Shown here piece after piece: positions 25,420-38,861 of a stretch of 64,000 nucleotides of DNA. Source of the DNA: Squalus acanthias (taxonomy: Eukaryota); contig CM059425.1 of NCBI GenBank assembly GCA_030390025.1, positions 173,664,001 to 173,728,000 on the forward strand, in the 5' to 3' direction. Position 1 is the stretch's first letter. Each line of letters starts with the position of its first letter. Both the position numbers and the translations under genes were made by a program. The notes under the pieces were generated by a model that saw nothing but the letters and a program-made list of their open reading frames with translations, did not search any database and was not told the DNA's origin.

Positions 25420-25720
25420 CATTCTATTTGGTTGAGTGCCTTCTCTGTATCCAGGAAGAGGATAACTGATCTAAATCCTTCTGTTCACCATTAGCTGAAT
25501 CCTCTGTGCCTAGTATGCTGCCTATTTTAGTGTTCTCTGCAAATTTAACAAGCTTACAATTGGTTTCTATATCTAGGTCATTAATGTAGATAGGAAGCAA
25601 CAGGGGCCCAAGTGCTACTACCACTATGGTACTCCCCTCAGTCTGACACTGCATTTTTATCATTTACTGTGTTTTCCTTTTTTTTTGATAAAATATTATC
25701 TGTAAAAGAGGTTAATATGT
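25420..25720 (-). mobile_element. CR1 RT fragment
   Basis: LGPLLL.IYINDLD....KLVKFAENTKIG. Confidence 0.75.
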
Positions 25721-26324
25721 TTCTGTGCATTACATAGCATGACCTTCTAGAATTGCACCAATAATCAAAATAAAGCAAATTTATAATTTTTAGAAAAGTA
25801 TACATTTTATAAAATAAGATGCTGGACAACAGGTTCAAAGCTATGTTCTAACTTTAGGCTCAAATGACTTTTAATAAGCCACATTCTTGGATGATATCTT
25901 CTGAAACCGTTAATCACATTTGCTCCTGGGTATTTTATGTCTTATTTTTCCACCTTCCTCTTATGGAAGTTGGAGTTTGGTTCCATGAGCACTGATGGTG
26001 CTCTTGCCCAAGTGAACATTCTTCATGTGTGAACCCAGATTGGTGGACTATTTGACTTTCAGCATCACAGTGAAGCTTGATCTTACCTGTACCCATATTC
26101 ATATACATGCATTTTCCAGCAGGGGGTTAATGGATAGTGATCTGAAGCATGAGTCCTGGTTATTTTTTTTCCTCTTTCCTTATCCCCTCTACTGTCCTAG
26201 GAAAAAAACAAGTTAATTGCAGACCAGGGGTGAAGCCTGGGATCCTGTTGATGTGTGTGTCTTAACACAGCATCACACGGAGCATTAATTTACTGAGCCA
26301 TTGGAGGAGTCCTAGGTGAAATTA

Positions 26325-26670
26325 AAACACTTGCATTTATGTCGTACCTTATCACAATGTCTGAAAGTGCTTTGGTAAATTACTTGAAGTGCAGTGATTT
26401 GTTACGTTGGCAAACACAGCAGGTATTTTGGTCCAACATCTCTTTCCCCAACCCCCCTCCCCCACAAAAAACAATGTGATAATTAATACGTTTCTGGTGG
26501 TATTGGTTGTGGGAGGAACTTTGGGCAGAATATTCAGAGAAACGTGCCATGGGCTCTTTAACATCCACCTGAATCACTGGAACCGGCAAACAAGGCCTTG
26601 GTTTAACTTCTCATCTGAAGGACAGCACATCTAACAATGTAGCAGTCCCTCATACTGCACTGGATGTAAA
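26325..26670 (-). mobile_element. DeuSINE-type SINE, degraded
   Basis: reverse-complement tail cttgcatttat and core gtgccatggg...tttaacatccacctga. Confidence 0.65.
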
Positions 26671-26783
26671 CTTATGACTTGCTGAAGTTGGATGGGGGAT
26701 TGTTTTAACTTAAATAATTAAATACACTGGTTCTGTAGTTCTGGTGAATATGATAATTCTGACTCTCCACTTAATTTCCTAAG

Positions 26784-26949
26784 GTCATGAAGGCCAGATC
26801 CGAGGGGTTGCTGTTGACGGACTGAATCAACTCACAATTACTGCTGGTGGGGATAAACTGATCAAGTTTTGGAAGTTTAAATCAAAGGAGTTGGTTCATA
26901 CGACGACACTAGATGCATCACCAGCCAGCATTTTGCTACATAGAGACAG
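26784..26949 (+). CDS. WDR36: WDR36 exon 5 in window: (S)HEGQIRGVAVDGLNQLTITAGGDKLIKFWKFKSKELVHTTTLDASPASILLHRD(S)
   Basis: cctaag|GT acceptor, CAG|gtggga donor; 166 nt, phase 1/2; RGVAVDGLNQLT motif. Confidence 0.96.
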
Positions 26950-27134
26950 GTGGGAAATGTGTCCTTTTTAATCAGTGAAGTATTCTATTTTAAAAGAAGG
27001 TTTTGTGTTCCTGCTGCTTGTAATGGTTTTATGCATCACCTTAACATCCTGTCCAAGTGCTTTTATGAGCAGAAATGGGATGAAATGTAAAAGTCATATA
27101 TAGCTCAAGCTTCAATGATTTGTAATTTGTAAGT

Positions 27135-27590
27135 GTCAGCTGTGGCTCAGTTGGTAGCGCACTCGCCCCTGAGTCAGAAGGTTGTGGGTTTAAATCCCAC
27201 TCCAGGGACTTGAGCACATAAAGCTAGGCTGACACTCCAGTGCAGTGCTGAGGGACCGCTGCACTGTTGGAGGTGCCGTCTTTCGGGTGAGACGTTAAAC
27301 CGAGGCCCCATCTGCGTTCTCAGGTGGACGTAAAAGATCCCATAGCGCTATTTCGAAGAAGAGTAAGGGGAGTTATCCCCGGTATCCTGGCCAATATTTA
27401 TCCCTCAATCAACATAACAAAAAACAGTTTCTGGTCATTATCACATTGCTGTTTGTGTGGGCAAATGTGCTGTGCTGCCGCGTTTCCCATATTACAACAG
27501 TGACTACACTCCAAAAGTACTTAATTGGCTGTAAAGCACTTTGAGACGTCCGGTGGTCGTGAAAGGCGCTATATAAATGTAAGTCTTTCT
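27135..27590 (+). mobile_element. tRNA-derived DeuSINE-type SINE (full length)
   Basis: same structure as the 15911 copy. Confidence 0.85.
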
Positions 27591-28127
27591 TTCTTCCTTC
27601 TTTCTTGATATAAGAAAGTGAAGGATAAAAATTTGAATTTTGTTGATTGACTTGTGTTGGGAATTACTGATCCTAAGTATGTATCTATTATCCGAGCAAC
27701 ACTTATGAAATTCACACATTATAAATAGTGGCTATTCCCATTCCTGACAGCATTGTAGAACGACCTGTTGGCCTGGAAATGCTTAGATCCCCGAAGCGGT
27801 GGTGTGAAAGATGCTAGCAGACCAGCATACACATGGAGGTTCTGCGTAGCCTCTCCCAAGATACGTGATAGCGGTGGAGTGCATGGTCATGATATGCACA
27901 AACATCTGAGGGGGTTTCAGTTCATTACAGAGCAGCCTGGAGAAAGTGGCAGCTTTCCTCTTCTTCAACCACCTATCAAACCTATTCTTAAATGGTCTCT
28001 GCCTCAATTACTAACTCACAACCCTCTGATTTAAAAATAAAAATAAAAAAAGGTTTTTCCTGCTCCGTCCTCTCATTCTAGACCCCTGAAGCACTGGGAA
28101 TTGCTATCTACTCTGTCTCATCCATGT

Positions 28128-28460
28128 ACAGCAGTGGCTCAGTTGGTAGCACACTCACCTCTGAGTCAGAAGGTTGTGGGTTCAAGTCCCACATCAGAGA
28201 CTTGAGCACAAAAATCTAGGCTGACACTCTAGTGCAGTAAAAGTAGGGGAGTTATCCCTGGTGTCCTGGCCAATATTTATCCCTCAATCAACATCAACAG
28301 ATTGTCATTATCACATTGCTGTTTGTGGGACCATGCTGTGCACAAATTGGCTGCCACATTTCCTACATTACAATACTTCAAAAAGTACTTCATTGGTTGT
28401 AAAGCGCTTTGTGACGTCCTGAGGTCGTGAAAGATGCTATATAAATGCATGTCTTTTTTT
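28128..28460 (+). mobile_element. DeuSINE-type SINE with internal deletion of the core
   Basis: head joined at ~28238 directly to agtaggggagttatccctggtgtcctggcc. Confidence 0.8.
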
Positions 28461-28659
28461 TTCTTTCATCCTTCGTAATTTTAAATTCCTATCAAATCAC
28501 CCTGTAATTTCCTCTGTTCTGATGAAAACAGTCCCAATTTTTCAAATCTTTCTTCGTATTTCTGTGTATTCCCTCTGTCCATTTACGTCCGCATTTTCGC
28601 TACTGCTTGGTCCCTCTCCTGCCCTTCTCACCTAGTCATGCTACCTTTCATTTCTCCTT

Positions 28660-30415
28660 GGGGGCTGAGACAGGAGAAATTATAAAGGAGAATAAGGAAA
28701 TGTCAGAGACATTAAACAAATATTTTGTATCTGTCCTCACAGTAGAAGACACAAAAAAAAATACCAGAAATAGTGGGGAACCAAGGGTTTAATGAGAGTA
28801 AGGAACTTAAAGTAATTAATATTAGTAAAGAAAAAGTACTGGAGAAATTAATGGGACTAAAAGCTGACAAATCCCCTGGTCCTGATGGCCTACATCCTAA
28901 GGTTCTAAAAGAGGTGGCTGCAGAGATGGTGGATGCATTGGTTGTGATCTTCCTAAATTCTGGAATGGTCCCAGTGGATTGAACAGTAGCAAATGTAACC
29001 CCGCTATTCAATAAAGGAGGAGAGAGAAAACAGAACTAAAGGCCAGTTAGCTTGACATCAGTCATCAGGGAAAATTCTGGAATCCATTATTAAGGAAGTG
29101 GTAATTAGAGCACTTACAAAATCATAATATGATTAGGCAGATTCAGCATGTGTTTGTGAAAGGGAAATCGTGTTCAACAAATCTATTGGAGTTTTTTGAG
29201 GATGTAACTAGCAGGGTAGATAAAGGAGAACCAGTGGATGTAGTATATTTGGATTTTCAAAAGGCATTTGGTAAGGTGCCACACAAAAGGTTGTTACACA
29301 AGATAAGGGCTCATGGGGTTGGGGGTAAAATATAAGCATGGATAGAGGATTGGTTAAAGGGCAGGAAACAGAGTAGGAATAAACAGGTCCTTTTCAAGTT
29401 GGCAGGCTGTTACTAGTGGGGTGCCGCAAGGATCAGTGCTGGGCCTCAGCTATTTACAATCTATATTAATGACTTAGATGAAGGGACCAAATGTAATGTA
29501 TCAAAGTTTGCTGATTATACAAAGCTAGGTGGGAAAGTAAGCTGTGAAGAGGACACAGTCTGCAAAGGCATATAGACAGATTCATTGAGTGGGCAAGAAG
29601 GTGGCAGATGGCGTATAATGTGGGGAAATGTGAGGTTATCCATTTTGGTAGGAAGAATAGAAAAACTGAATATTTTTTAAATGCTGAGAAACTATTAAAT
29701 GTTGGTGTTCAGAGGGATTTGGGTGTCCTTGTACAGGAAACACAAAGTTAGCATGCAGGTACAGAAAGTAATTAGGAAGGCAAATATTATGTTGGCCTTG
29801 ATTGCAAGGGGGTTGGAATAAAAGTGTAAGGAAGTATTGCTGCAATTGTCCAGGGCTTTGGTGAGACCACACCTGGAGTACTGTGTACAGTTTTAGTTTC
29901 ATTATCTAAGGAAGGATATACTTACTTTAGAGGGCGTGCAACAAAGGTTCACTAGATTAATTCCTGGGATGAGAGGGTTGCCCTATGAGGAGAGATTGAG
30001 TAGAATGGGCCTATACTCTTTGGAGTTTAGAAGAATGAGAGGTGATCTCATTGAAACATGTAAGATTCTGAGAGGGCTTGACAAGGTAGATGATAGGCAG
30101 TTTCCCCTGGCTGGAGAGTCTAGAACTAGAGGGCATAGTCTCAGGATAATGGGTCGGCCATTTAGGACTGAGTTGAGGTGAAATATCTTCACTCAGAGCT
30201 TTGTGAACCTTTGGAATTCTCTACCCCAGAGGGCTGTGGGTGGTCAGTCGTTGAGTATATTCAAGGCTGAGATAGATTGATTTTTGGACTCTAGGGGAAT
30301 CAAGGGATATGTGGATCGGGCAAGAAAGTGGATTTGAGGTTGAAGATCAGCCGTGATCTTACTGAATGGCGGAGCAGGCTCAAGGGGCCTTATGGCTTAC
30401 TCCTATTTCTTATGT
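28660..30415 (+). mobile_element. CR1 LINE, 5'-truncated (RT through 3' tail)
   Basis: continuous but frameshifted ORF2 motifs from LNKYFVSV to TRGHSLRI; CR1 tail. Confidence 0.92.
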
Positions 30416-30879
30416 TTTCCCCTCTCTTGTATTCTTCCCCCCCCACCCCCCATCCCTAGCCCAACCTATCACTACTCTTTCTACTCCTTTCTTCTTTCTT
30501 CTTACTCTCTTCTACTCCTTTTTTCTTACTCTCCTGCTGCAGTCCCAGCCTTGAACCCTCCTTGTGTCAGCCTACAGCTACCTTCTGTGCCTCTCTTGGC
30601 ATTCTCTAAAGGGTCCATTGAGGCACCAGTCACTGCATCCTCCAAGCAGCAACCCCAACTGCCTCTGAAGCACCTAGAGACACTTTTCTACGTTAAAGGT
30701 GCTATATAAATGCAAGTTGTTGATTAATTAGGATTAGGATGTAATAGCCGCAAGGAGCAAGGATTTGACTTCGATCATAGAGAAGTTGGTGAGGGGAAGC
30801 AGATCTTAGATGGGCTGAGACTTCCAGAAAGTAGTACTCTATTCTATGAAGGTGTGTCGAATGCGTCTGATACTCAAGT

Positions 30880-31650
30880 GTCTAGCAGAAGTTGCTAGTT
30901 CTTCATGGGCTGGTTCTTCAGCATCGGCAGTGTCATCATCTCACACTCTGGCATCCTCTAGGACATCTGCCATCAGTACTTTCCTATTTGCAAAGCCCAC
31001 TATATGCTACCACAATCATACAGTTCATACTACAAGGCACCTCTGGACCCAGACACACAATCATTTATGCATCCCAAAGGCTTGTTCAATTCTTATCCTT
31101 GTCTTTGCATGTGTTTCATTGCAGCACTGGTGCTTTTACAAAAATGCTTCATGAGCCATGGATTAGTGGGTATGCCTTGCCAGCCATCCTGCCCCTTACC
31201 CCTCCTGTTGAAATAAAGCTGGACTGACGAAGTATAAAAGCATCATGGCATATTCCCAGCATATTGTGGATTCCTGTGCAAGAAACTGCCTGTTGGCACA
31301 ATTTACCGTAATATTGAGAGAATTGAAGCCTTTGCAACATATAAATATGGAGGGCATTGGTGACTTGCCTTATAGAGGAGTGCACGGCAAATTAGCTGAT
31401 CTGGCAAAAGTCCCCTGGAATGGGCCTGTGGTGTAGAAGTTGAGAGCTGTGGTCACTTTGTGCCGCAGTCAGAGCTGTGCATGCTATGGACCTTGATTGC
31501 AGATCTGGTTGCTGCAATGAATAGAACTCCTCCAAAGTTTCATGATCGAAGAGCAGCCTGCTAAGATAATTCCTCCTAAGTATAACATTGATTTTTTTTT
31601 TCCAATACCTGTAGTCAGTCCCAGGATATGGCCAAAAGTCTCCAAACAAT
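30880..31650 (-). pseudogene. decayed HARBI1-like (PIF/Harbinger) DDE transposase
   Basis: ordered minus-strand motifs across frames: QPDLQ..TAL, KVTTALNFYTTGPFQ, IRQVTNAL, G.CHDAFILRQS, PWLM, TRI.IEQAFG. Confidence 0.8.
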
Positions 31651-32159
31651 CTCAGTTCAGCAGTTGCCCGTTATCCAAGAACTTCCCCCTTGATGAGCAG
31701 GTCCTGGGAAACTATGTCTTTTAAATAGTGGCGCACATTCTCAAGGTGGGAAGGCAGAAATAACAGAATTTGGGACAGATGATGTCATCCCATCGTAACT
31801 CCCATCATGTACACATGGCTTCTATTGGGAGGGTGGCCCCAAAAGAAATTCTTCCCCTCACAAGCTCCACTGCTGACTTACTGACTCCTCCAACCCAGGA
31901 ATGTCAAGGCCACGCAACAGAGCACAAATGTACGTGGGGATATAAGTGTGGCACTATGATTTGTGCTGCTTGCAACAATTTTTGTCTGCAATGGCAGGAA
32001 ACTTACTAAAATTTTAGATCTAGAAGGTAACTGACTTCAAGATTAAAAACATCCTACTACTGATCTGAATTTGCTGGTCAGGAAGACCGTTGTAAGATAT
32101 AGTGGAGCTGTGTGTGTCGATATGCGTTGACTTTACAGCTCTTTGCAGAACAAAACAAT

Positions 32160-32948
32160 AGCCCAAAATTTGCTGGAGCAGGGGATTTCGTGGCGCGCCT
32201 CGTTTGTTAGATTTTTTTCCTCACTCTTCATCCCAAAAAAAATTGCGCCTCATATTGCTGGAAGTGCAATCTGCGGCGAGGTCAATGGACTTTTGGTGAA
32301 CAACGGGACTAACAGTCTATCTCCTTAATCAATCAAATTTAAGGATTTAAAAAAAAAACAGGGATGACAGAGAAGGAAATAGGGTGAATTAGAATCAAAT
32401 TAGATGCAGAAAGAGAAATAGAGAGGGAAAGAAAGATTGGATTATGAGAAAGAGAAAAAGACAAAGGAAAAGTAAGAAAATAAATTAAAATTTTAGATTT
32501 TAAAAACCTCTGAGGAGCAATTTACAACCCGCAGGAGTGAGACTCTACAGTTTCAGATGTTCCCTTTCTGGGCAGGAGAGGTTGAGTGGCATTGCAGGAA
32601 CATAAGTCTCATCATTAAAAGGGTCCTTGCATCGTTTAGTACCAGCCTAACTTTCTGCGGTGCGTTTTAATTTATTTTAACAGCGCAAGTGCAGCAATTT
32701 CTTGAAACTCATGGAGGTTGATGATGAGCTCCTGTTTTCGCGAGGCTAATGGCGGAGCAATTTGTGAAAGTGTGATCTGATATCGGTGCGGAGAAGTCAA
32801 TGGGGCATCTGGAACAAATCGCCCAGCAATTTGTGGCGATTTGCAACTCATGGCGTATCTCTTCCTTGCCACAAATTGCCAGGTTATTTACACACTAATA
32901 ATGGTGTGCACATTAAACTCACGTTATTTTGCCAGCAAATTCTGGGCC
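32160..32948. mobile_element. Harbinger-type MITE (789 bp)
   Basis: TIR agcccaaaatttgctgg / ccagcaaattctgggcc (15/17); flanks aat / aac. Confidence 0.75.
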
Positions 32949-33580
32949 AACGTCTCACTGTGAAAGAAAAGACCTCCAACTGAATAATTTGAGTATTGTA
33001 TCCCCATGATTAGTTTCACAGCTAAGAATAACTATATGCCTTTTAGGCCTAAATTACAAGTCAGGATCAATAATTAATTGATGAAACCAAAAGACACGAT
33101 TTAGAATTTATTTTCATTATCTTGTCTTGATACAAAAACAAGACTGCAGATTGATCAACATAACCAACCACCTCATATGCTCATATGACCAAACAAAAGT
33201 CATATATTAAAATTACTGTGAGTTTATATTGTGTTTTTTAAAACTGCAGCCTCTTTAGCACTTCAGGATCATCAACATATGACATAACTGTAACCTATCT
33301 TAAAAAAAATTAGAGTTGCAGGATCACAGATCTGTATAATGACAGCATTTTGCTGTTGAACGCACTGTTTGTTAATCAGTAGATATAAATTAGTAGATAA
33401 GAATTTACGAAGCTAGTGAGTAAGACCATAATATCTGAAGTAGAACCAATTAGAGAAGTTCCAAATGTGCTTTGCATTCTACTTTTAAGACTTCTAGATT
33501 TCAGTGTGGCACAGATTTTACTGCTTTCACAAATTACTCTTCAGAAATTAATGCATCTATATTTATATCCTTTTTACCAG

Positions 33581-33689
33581 TGGCATGTTGGCTGTTGCTG
33601 TAGATGATTTCAGGATAGCAGTCCTGGATAGTGAAACAAGAAAATTTGTGAGAAGATTCTCTGGACATCAGAATCAAATAAATGATATG
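33581..33689 (+). CDS. WDR36: WDR36 exon 6 in window: (S)GMLAVAVDDFRIAVLDSETRKFVRRFSGHQNQINDM
   Basis: tttttaccag|T acceptor, ATG|gtatga donor; 109 nt, phase 2/0. Confidence 0.96.
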
Positions 33690-33750
33690 GTATGATATTT
33701 TGCATAAGAAATGAGATGGTTGATCCTTTCTGTAGGAATATTTTCTAGCA

Positions 33751-33782
<32 letters not shown>

Positions 33783-34996
33783 TTTACGTCTTGAAATATC
33801 ATTTCAGTCTGGTTTAACCAGCAAATATTACATTTGAATTTAACTGGTGGTGTATGTCACTGTGGAGGGTGGGCAGAATAATGGGAATTATTTTACCAGT
33901 TATGCTTCACTTGTGGACTAATGTAGCTGCATTTTACTAGAGAAATAGCTGATGCTCTGTATTTTATATTCTACGAAAGCATCCATATGTAGTTTAAATG
34001 CACTCTTATTTTTCACTCTTGAAGATTGCTTTAGTATTTCAGCAGCAACTTTTCATAATTAAGGTGGAACTGACAAATTCATCCAGTACTGTGATTTTTA
34101 CATTTAAAAAAGAATGTTCTTAATAGAAGTTAATGATTAAAATTAATAGATAATACTTTCAAGCATTAATAAACAGTTTCATGGAATGGTAGGATGCAGG
34201 TTCAATGCCCCATTTTGCTGAGTACTTGATCTCAATAATTGACTGCAGGGATGTGATAAAGTGGAGGCGCGATGCTTCCTCACAGGAAGGGAGAGGTAGC
34301 CCTGGACCATTCATGCGGACTCCCTTGCAGTAGGGCAGGGCAGGGCAGGGAGGGGGGGGGGGAAACAAGATAGACTCAGACAAAGCTTCCTTTAGAATTA
34401 AAAGTGACGTTTAAATGTCTAGACTAGCTTACAGACATTGGATTAGATTTTCGCTGCCTTCACGTTAACAGGTTGGTAATGGCCTCAAAATGGGATCGGT
34501 GACCTTATCACCCCGTTAATACGGCGATGCAGTCAGCACCAATTTGAAAGAGGTTTACTGCTGGATGTCCAAAACAGTAATATACCAATTAATTAATCGA
34601 GACGCCTGTTTCCAGTGATCGGCCACTTTTAATATGGAAATCTGGGTTATGTAACATAATAGGACCTCGATTGCCATTTAAGGTCGGAATGGATTGGAGC
34701 ATGAGCTGTGCACACGCCGACCAGTTCGACGGCTGATGGAACTGAAAAGGCCCACAAAAGATTAAATGCTTAATTATTTTTGTGCAGGAGTGCACCTCCA
34801 TTGCCCACAAAAATAACCTAGGCTGCTGCCGCCCCAGGACTCCCACCCTTCACAATTGTGACGCCACTTCCCCATAAAATCACAGAGGACTCTTCGGCAG
34901 CAGAATGGGCGGCTGACCAGCGCACTCTGCCAGTCAGTCGGCCAAAAGTCAAAATCGACCCCATTGAAATTATCACAGCCAAACAATAGTGCAATA

Positions 34997-35361
34997 CAGG
35001 AAACTCTTTATTAACCGGCACCCAAATATCCGGAAATCTCTCTTAACCGGCAAAATTCTTGAGTAGGTAACTGGGGTTTTCCTTCATCTCGTTACACTGG
35101 ATCATAGCATTATATGGGCCAAGTCTTTGCTGAATGCTCGCTGTAAGATCGCTGTAAGATCTGTCACAAGAAGGGAGATGCAGAAATTCTTTAATGTGAC
35201 CGGGGTTCCTGCACCTGTGGCCGTGCACCAGGGACTCCTGGATCTGTGGCCATGTACGGGGCTCCCCGTACCTTGGTAGATATAACTCTCCGTTATCCGG
35301 ACTTTTTGATAAACCGGCACCACGCCGGTCCCGTCGGTGCCGGTTAATAAAGAGTTTCCTG
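34997..35361. mobile_element. Tc1/mariner (Tigger/pogo-like) MITE
   Basis: perfect 26-bp TIR caggaaactctttattaaccggcacc; TA duplication at 34995-34996 and 35362-35363. Confidence 0.9.
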
Positions 35362-35404
35362 TACATCTTAATTGTAACAATATTCACAATTAAACTTGTA
35401 AATC

Positions 35405-36470
35405 AATCGTTCCCCTCCCTCAGAGAACCATGATAGATTCCCCTTTAACCTCATCTTCCACCCCACCAGCCTCCACATTCAACAGATCATTTTCCACAAC
35501 CTCCAGTGCGATGTCACCACCAAATGCATCTCCCCTTTCAGCATTCAGAGGGGACTGTTCCCTCCGCGACACCCTGGTTCACTCTTCAAACGCCTGCCCT
35601 TTCACCTCCTCCTTTTCCACCGTCCAGCGTACCAAACACTCCTTCCAGGTGAATCAGCGATTTACTTATACTTGTTCCAACTTAGTATACTGTATTCGCT
35701 GCTCACGATACGGTCTTCTCTACATTGGGAGATGAATTGTAGATTGGGTAATCGCTTTGCTGAACGTCTCCGTTCAGTCCGCAAGCGTGATCCTGAGCTT
35801 CCGGCCACTGCCACTTTAATTCTCCATCTCATTTCCGCTCTGTCCTCTGCCTTCTACACTGTTCCAATGAAGCTCAATGCAAGCTTGAGGAACAGCACCT
35901 CATCTTTCTATTGGGCATTTTACAACCTTCCGGACTTAAGCTTAACCAACGCTCCCATTTTCTCAGACAGCAGGTGCTGCTAAAGAAAGGATGGCTGCAC
36001 CAGAGCCACTGGGAGTGGAGGAGGTGTGGGTGGGGATGCCCTATCGATACACGGCCAGCGGGGTGGTCTGCAAGCCTAGGGGTCTACCTACCTTTCCCTG
36101 CCACATTCCTGGGAGCCTTCTCCTCTTTTGGCAGATTTTCCATGCTTCCCTCCCCCTCTGCTATTCTGTTGTAACCATTTACAACTCTGGGGCCCATCTT
36201 TTTTTTTTTACTTGTCCCATTACCACCCCCTTTTGCCTTGCACCATCATCCCATTTGTCATTGAATCAATCCTGCCTTCACCCTATCCTTTCCCCCTGCC
36301 CTCTTTATCCCTGACGCTGTACCTGCTTAAAAACTGTTAAATATTTAACTTGTTCTAGTTCTGATGACAGGTCATCGACCTGAAAAGTTTAACTCTGTTT
36401 CTCTCTCCACAGACGCTGCCTGATCTGCTAAGTGTTTTCCAGCATTTTCTTGTTTATTTCACAAATTATA
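35405..36470 (+). mobile_element. Penelope-like element relic with GIY-YIG endonuclease and 3' terminal repeat
   Basis: FQVNQRFT.T.SNLVYCIRCSR.GLLYIG and RLG.RFAE.LRSV motifs; terminus with ctgatga...gaaa motif at ~36357-36394. Confidence 0.85.
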
Positions 36471-36586
36471 GCTCTATTTGAAATTAATAATGCTGCTTTA
36501 AAGAAGTTAGACTAAAGACAATGAAACACTAACTCTTGAATACAACTCTATATCCTATTACTATGACCTGTACAATTTTTTCAAAG

Positions 36587-36666
36587 GCCTTTAGTCCAGA
36601 TGGTCGTTGGTTAATTACTGCTTCAATGGACTGTACCATTAGGACCTGGGATCTCCCATCAGGGTG
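36587..36666 (+). CDS. WDR36: WDR36 exon 7 in window: AFSPDGRWLITASMDCTIRTWDLPSG(C)
   Basis: tcaaag|GCC acceptor, GTG|gtaagt donor; 80 nt, phase 0/2; canonical WD40 repeat. Confidence 0.97.
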
Positions 36667-37699
36667 GTAAGTTGAAATAAAAGGTGTCACACTAATAATA
36701 TTGGAAGAAAGTTCTGTTGCTACTTTATGCTGTTGTACTTAAAAACTTTTAACCAGAACATAATGCCTTTCACTATTTAAAGTTATTTTAGTAAACTAGC
36801 AGATCTCCCATGGAGATGTTCATTGATGAGGCCGTGAAGTAAAGACTTTAAGGGTAAGGAAGGCATTAAAAGACAGAAAATACAATTTATTGGTTAAATT
36901 TAATCATATTATTGTGAAATATGTAAATGCTTAAAACCTTATTTTGGACATCAAAGTTCAATTACTGAGGTTTTTTTTAAAGAATTTTGAGTCATTTGAA
37001 CAAACCATGACAAACAACTATTTACATTGGAAATTCCTGTTATAAATATTTGTATTGGCAGTTTCAGTGTTAAATATTGACACACAGGTGTGACCAAAAA
37101 TTGTGGCAACAGAAGGTAAGGTTTGTGGTCAGTAAGTATGTGTGCATCTGCAAGATTTTTTTATATATATAGTTACTTGCTGCAACACATTTTTTATGTT
37201 AATGTTTATGTCAAAATTTACAATAGAAACTACCTATGTAAGCATTTATAACAGATAAACCCTTCCTAACCTTGTGAACATTTATAATGGGGAGAAACCT
37301 ATGTAAACATATCAACATTTTATAATCCGGATACCATGTGTAAACTGGAATTAAATTTTTTAAATGAGCAAAGCTTCTAATTATTATTACCTGTGTTTTG
37401 GCGATTGTTAGATAAGATAAGCATTTTTATTACTGAGAGACAGACAGCAAAAGATAGCGACTGATGGTGGCGAGACAGAGATACACTACCAGGGACCAAG
37501 CCCCTGTGAAGCAAAACTCCGTTTCACGAACTCACTACTGCTAAATACCAGATATCTATCTCCAACTGATAGCATTTTGTATCCCCTCCTGTTCTGTATT
37601 CTCAGTTTAACTGGTAAGGGATGCTGCTGCATTGTCTGTGTATCGGACATTAATTTCTGCATGAGTCAGAACTTTATATGGCAAAGCAAAAGCCTTTCT

Positions 37700-38372
37700 T
37701 TTCAGTTCCCCCAGAAACTTTTGGGCATCAGGCTCTGATTCCTATCCTGGCTGCGTGTTCGTGTTGAACCTGATGGTGTGCAACCTCAGTACTTTGTTCA
37801 GCCCCAAGTTGAGTTAAAACCCCACATCTGATTTATTGGAAAGATAGTCTACTTCCACCTCTGCAACAATAGCAGACTCACCTCTGCCGCCATTGAAACC
37901 ATCATCCACACCTTCCTGAGCTCAAGATTCTCTGCTACCTGGCCATCAGCCTGCATAAACTCCAAATAATGAACTTTGCTGCTTGCTTCATGCCCTGTAC
38001 TAAGTTGTCACCCTTGTCCTTACTGGCCACCATTGACTCTCCATACCCCAATTCATCTACTTTATTAGCCTCCTAATTTTCAAATCTCTCCATGACTTTG
38101 CTCCACCTTACCTCTGCAATCCTGCACTCCTCTATCGTTCGACTACTACTGTCTTCTCAACCCCTCCCCCCCCACCCCACCATCATCGGTGGCAGAGCCT
38201 TTGGGTACATGCCCGTGCACCATAGAGTTCTCTTCGCCCACCTTGTCACTTATCTCCCCTCTTCAAAAACCACGTCTTTGACGGTGACTTCAATAACCTC
38301 TCCCAATTCCTGCTCTGCATCCTCCAAGTCTTCTGTAAAGCACCTCGGGACATTTGTGTGGAAGGAGTTGTA
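37700..38372 (+). mobile_element. old L2 3' fragment
   Basis: degenerate L2 C-terminal motifs (GGRAF) and tail gtaaagcacctcgggacattt. Confidence 0.65.
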
Positions 38373-38473
38373 AATGTTTAGAATTAAATTAAATGATATT
38401 TTCAAAGTTTGAATTTGAAATTCTGTTTTTATTTTCACTATTTCTCTTTCTCTTTTTCTCTCTCTCTCCACAG

Positions 38474-38581
38474 CTTAATAGACTGCTTTTTGCTTGATTC
38501 AGCAGCTGTCAGTATTACCATGTCCTCCACTGGAGACTTTCTGGCTTCTGCTCATGTAGATGACTTGGGAATTTACCTCTG
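38474..38581 (+). CDS. WDR36: WDR36 exon 8 in window: (C)LIDCFLLDSAAVSITMSSTGDFLASAHVDDLGIYL(W)
   Basis: long pyrimidine tract, cacag|C acceptor, CTG|gtatgt donor; 108 nt, phase 2/2. Confidence 0.96.
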
Positions 38582-38861
38582 GTATGTGCAGTTTTTACAG
38601 AACAAAAATATTGTATTCTTCATTTGTTAATGTGTTTTTCCAAATCTATTTTCAGACCCAAGTGAAAAGTTTCACTTTTTTCAGTGATTATTGACAATGT
38701 TTTAGTTAATCATTTGTTCAGCAGTTACATGAGAGACTACATGTATTTTTAATGTTGTAAAGTACTTTCTGAATTCAAAGACCCAATTAGCTACCTGCAT
38801 TGTGCCATTGTACAAAGGTCTAGTTGTAATTACTAAGAGAAATGACTGCTACCAGTATAAA

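Noticed and set aside
33757..33780. Long poly-G/poly-C runs (also ~14132, ~16850, ~21251) as functional G-quadruplexes
   Set aside because: Simple homopolymer expansions, several inside TEs; lengths unreliable and no supporting context
34438..34980. Additional MITE upstream of the Tigger-like element
   Set aside because: Composition resembles the other MITEs but I could not define matching TIRs or a TSD
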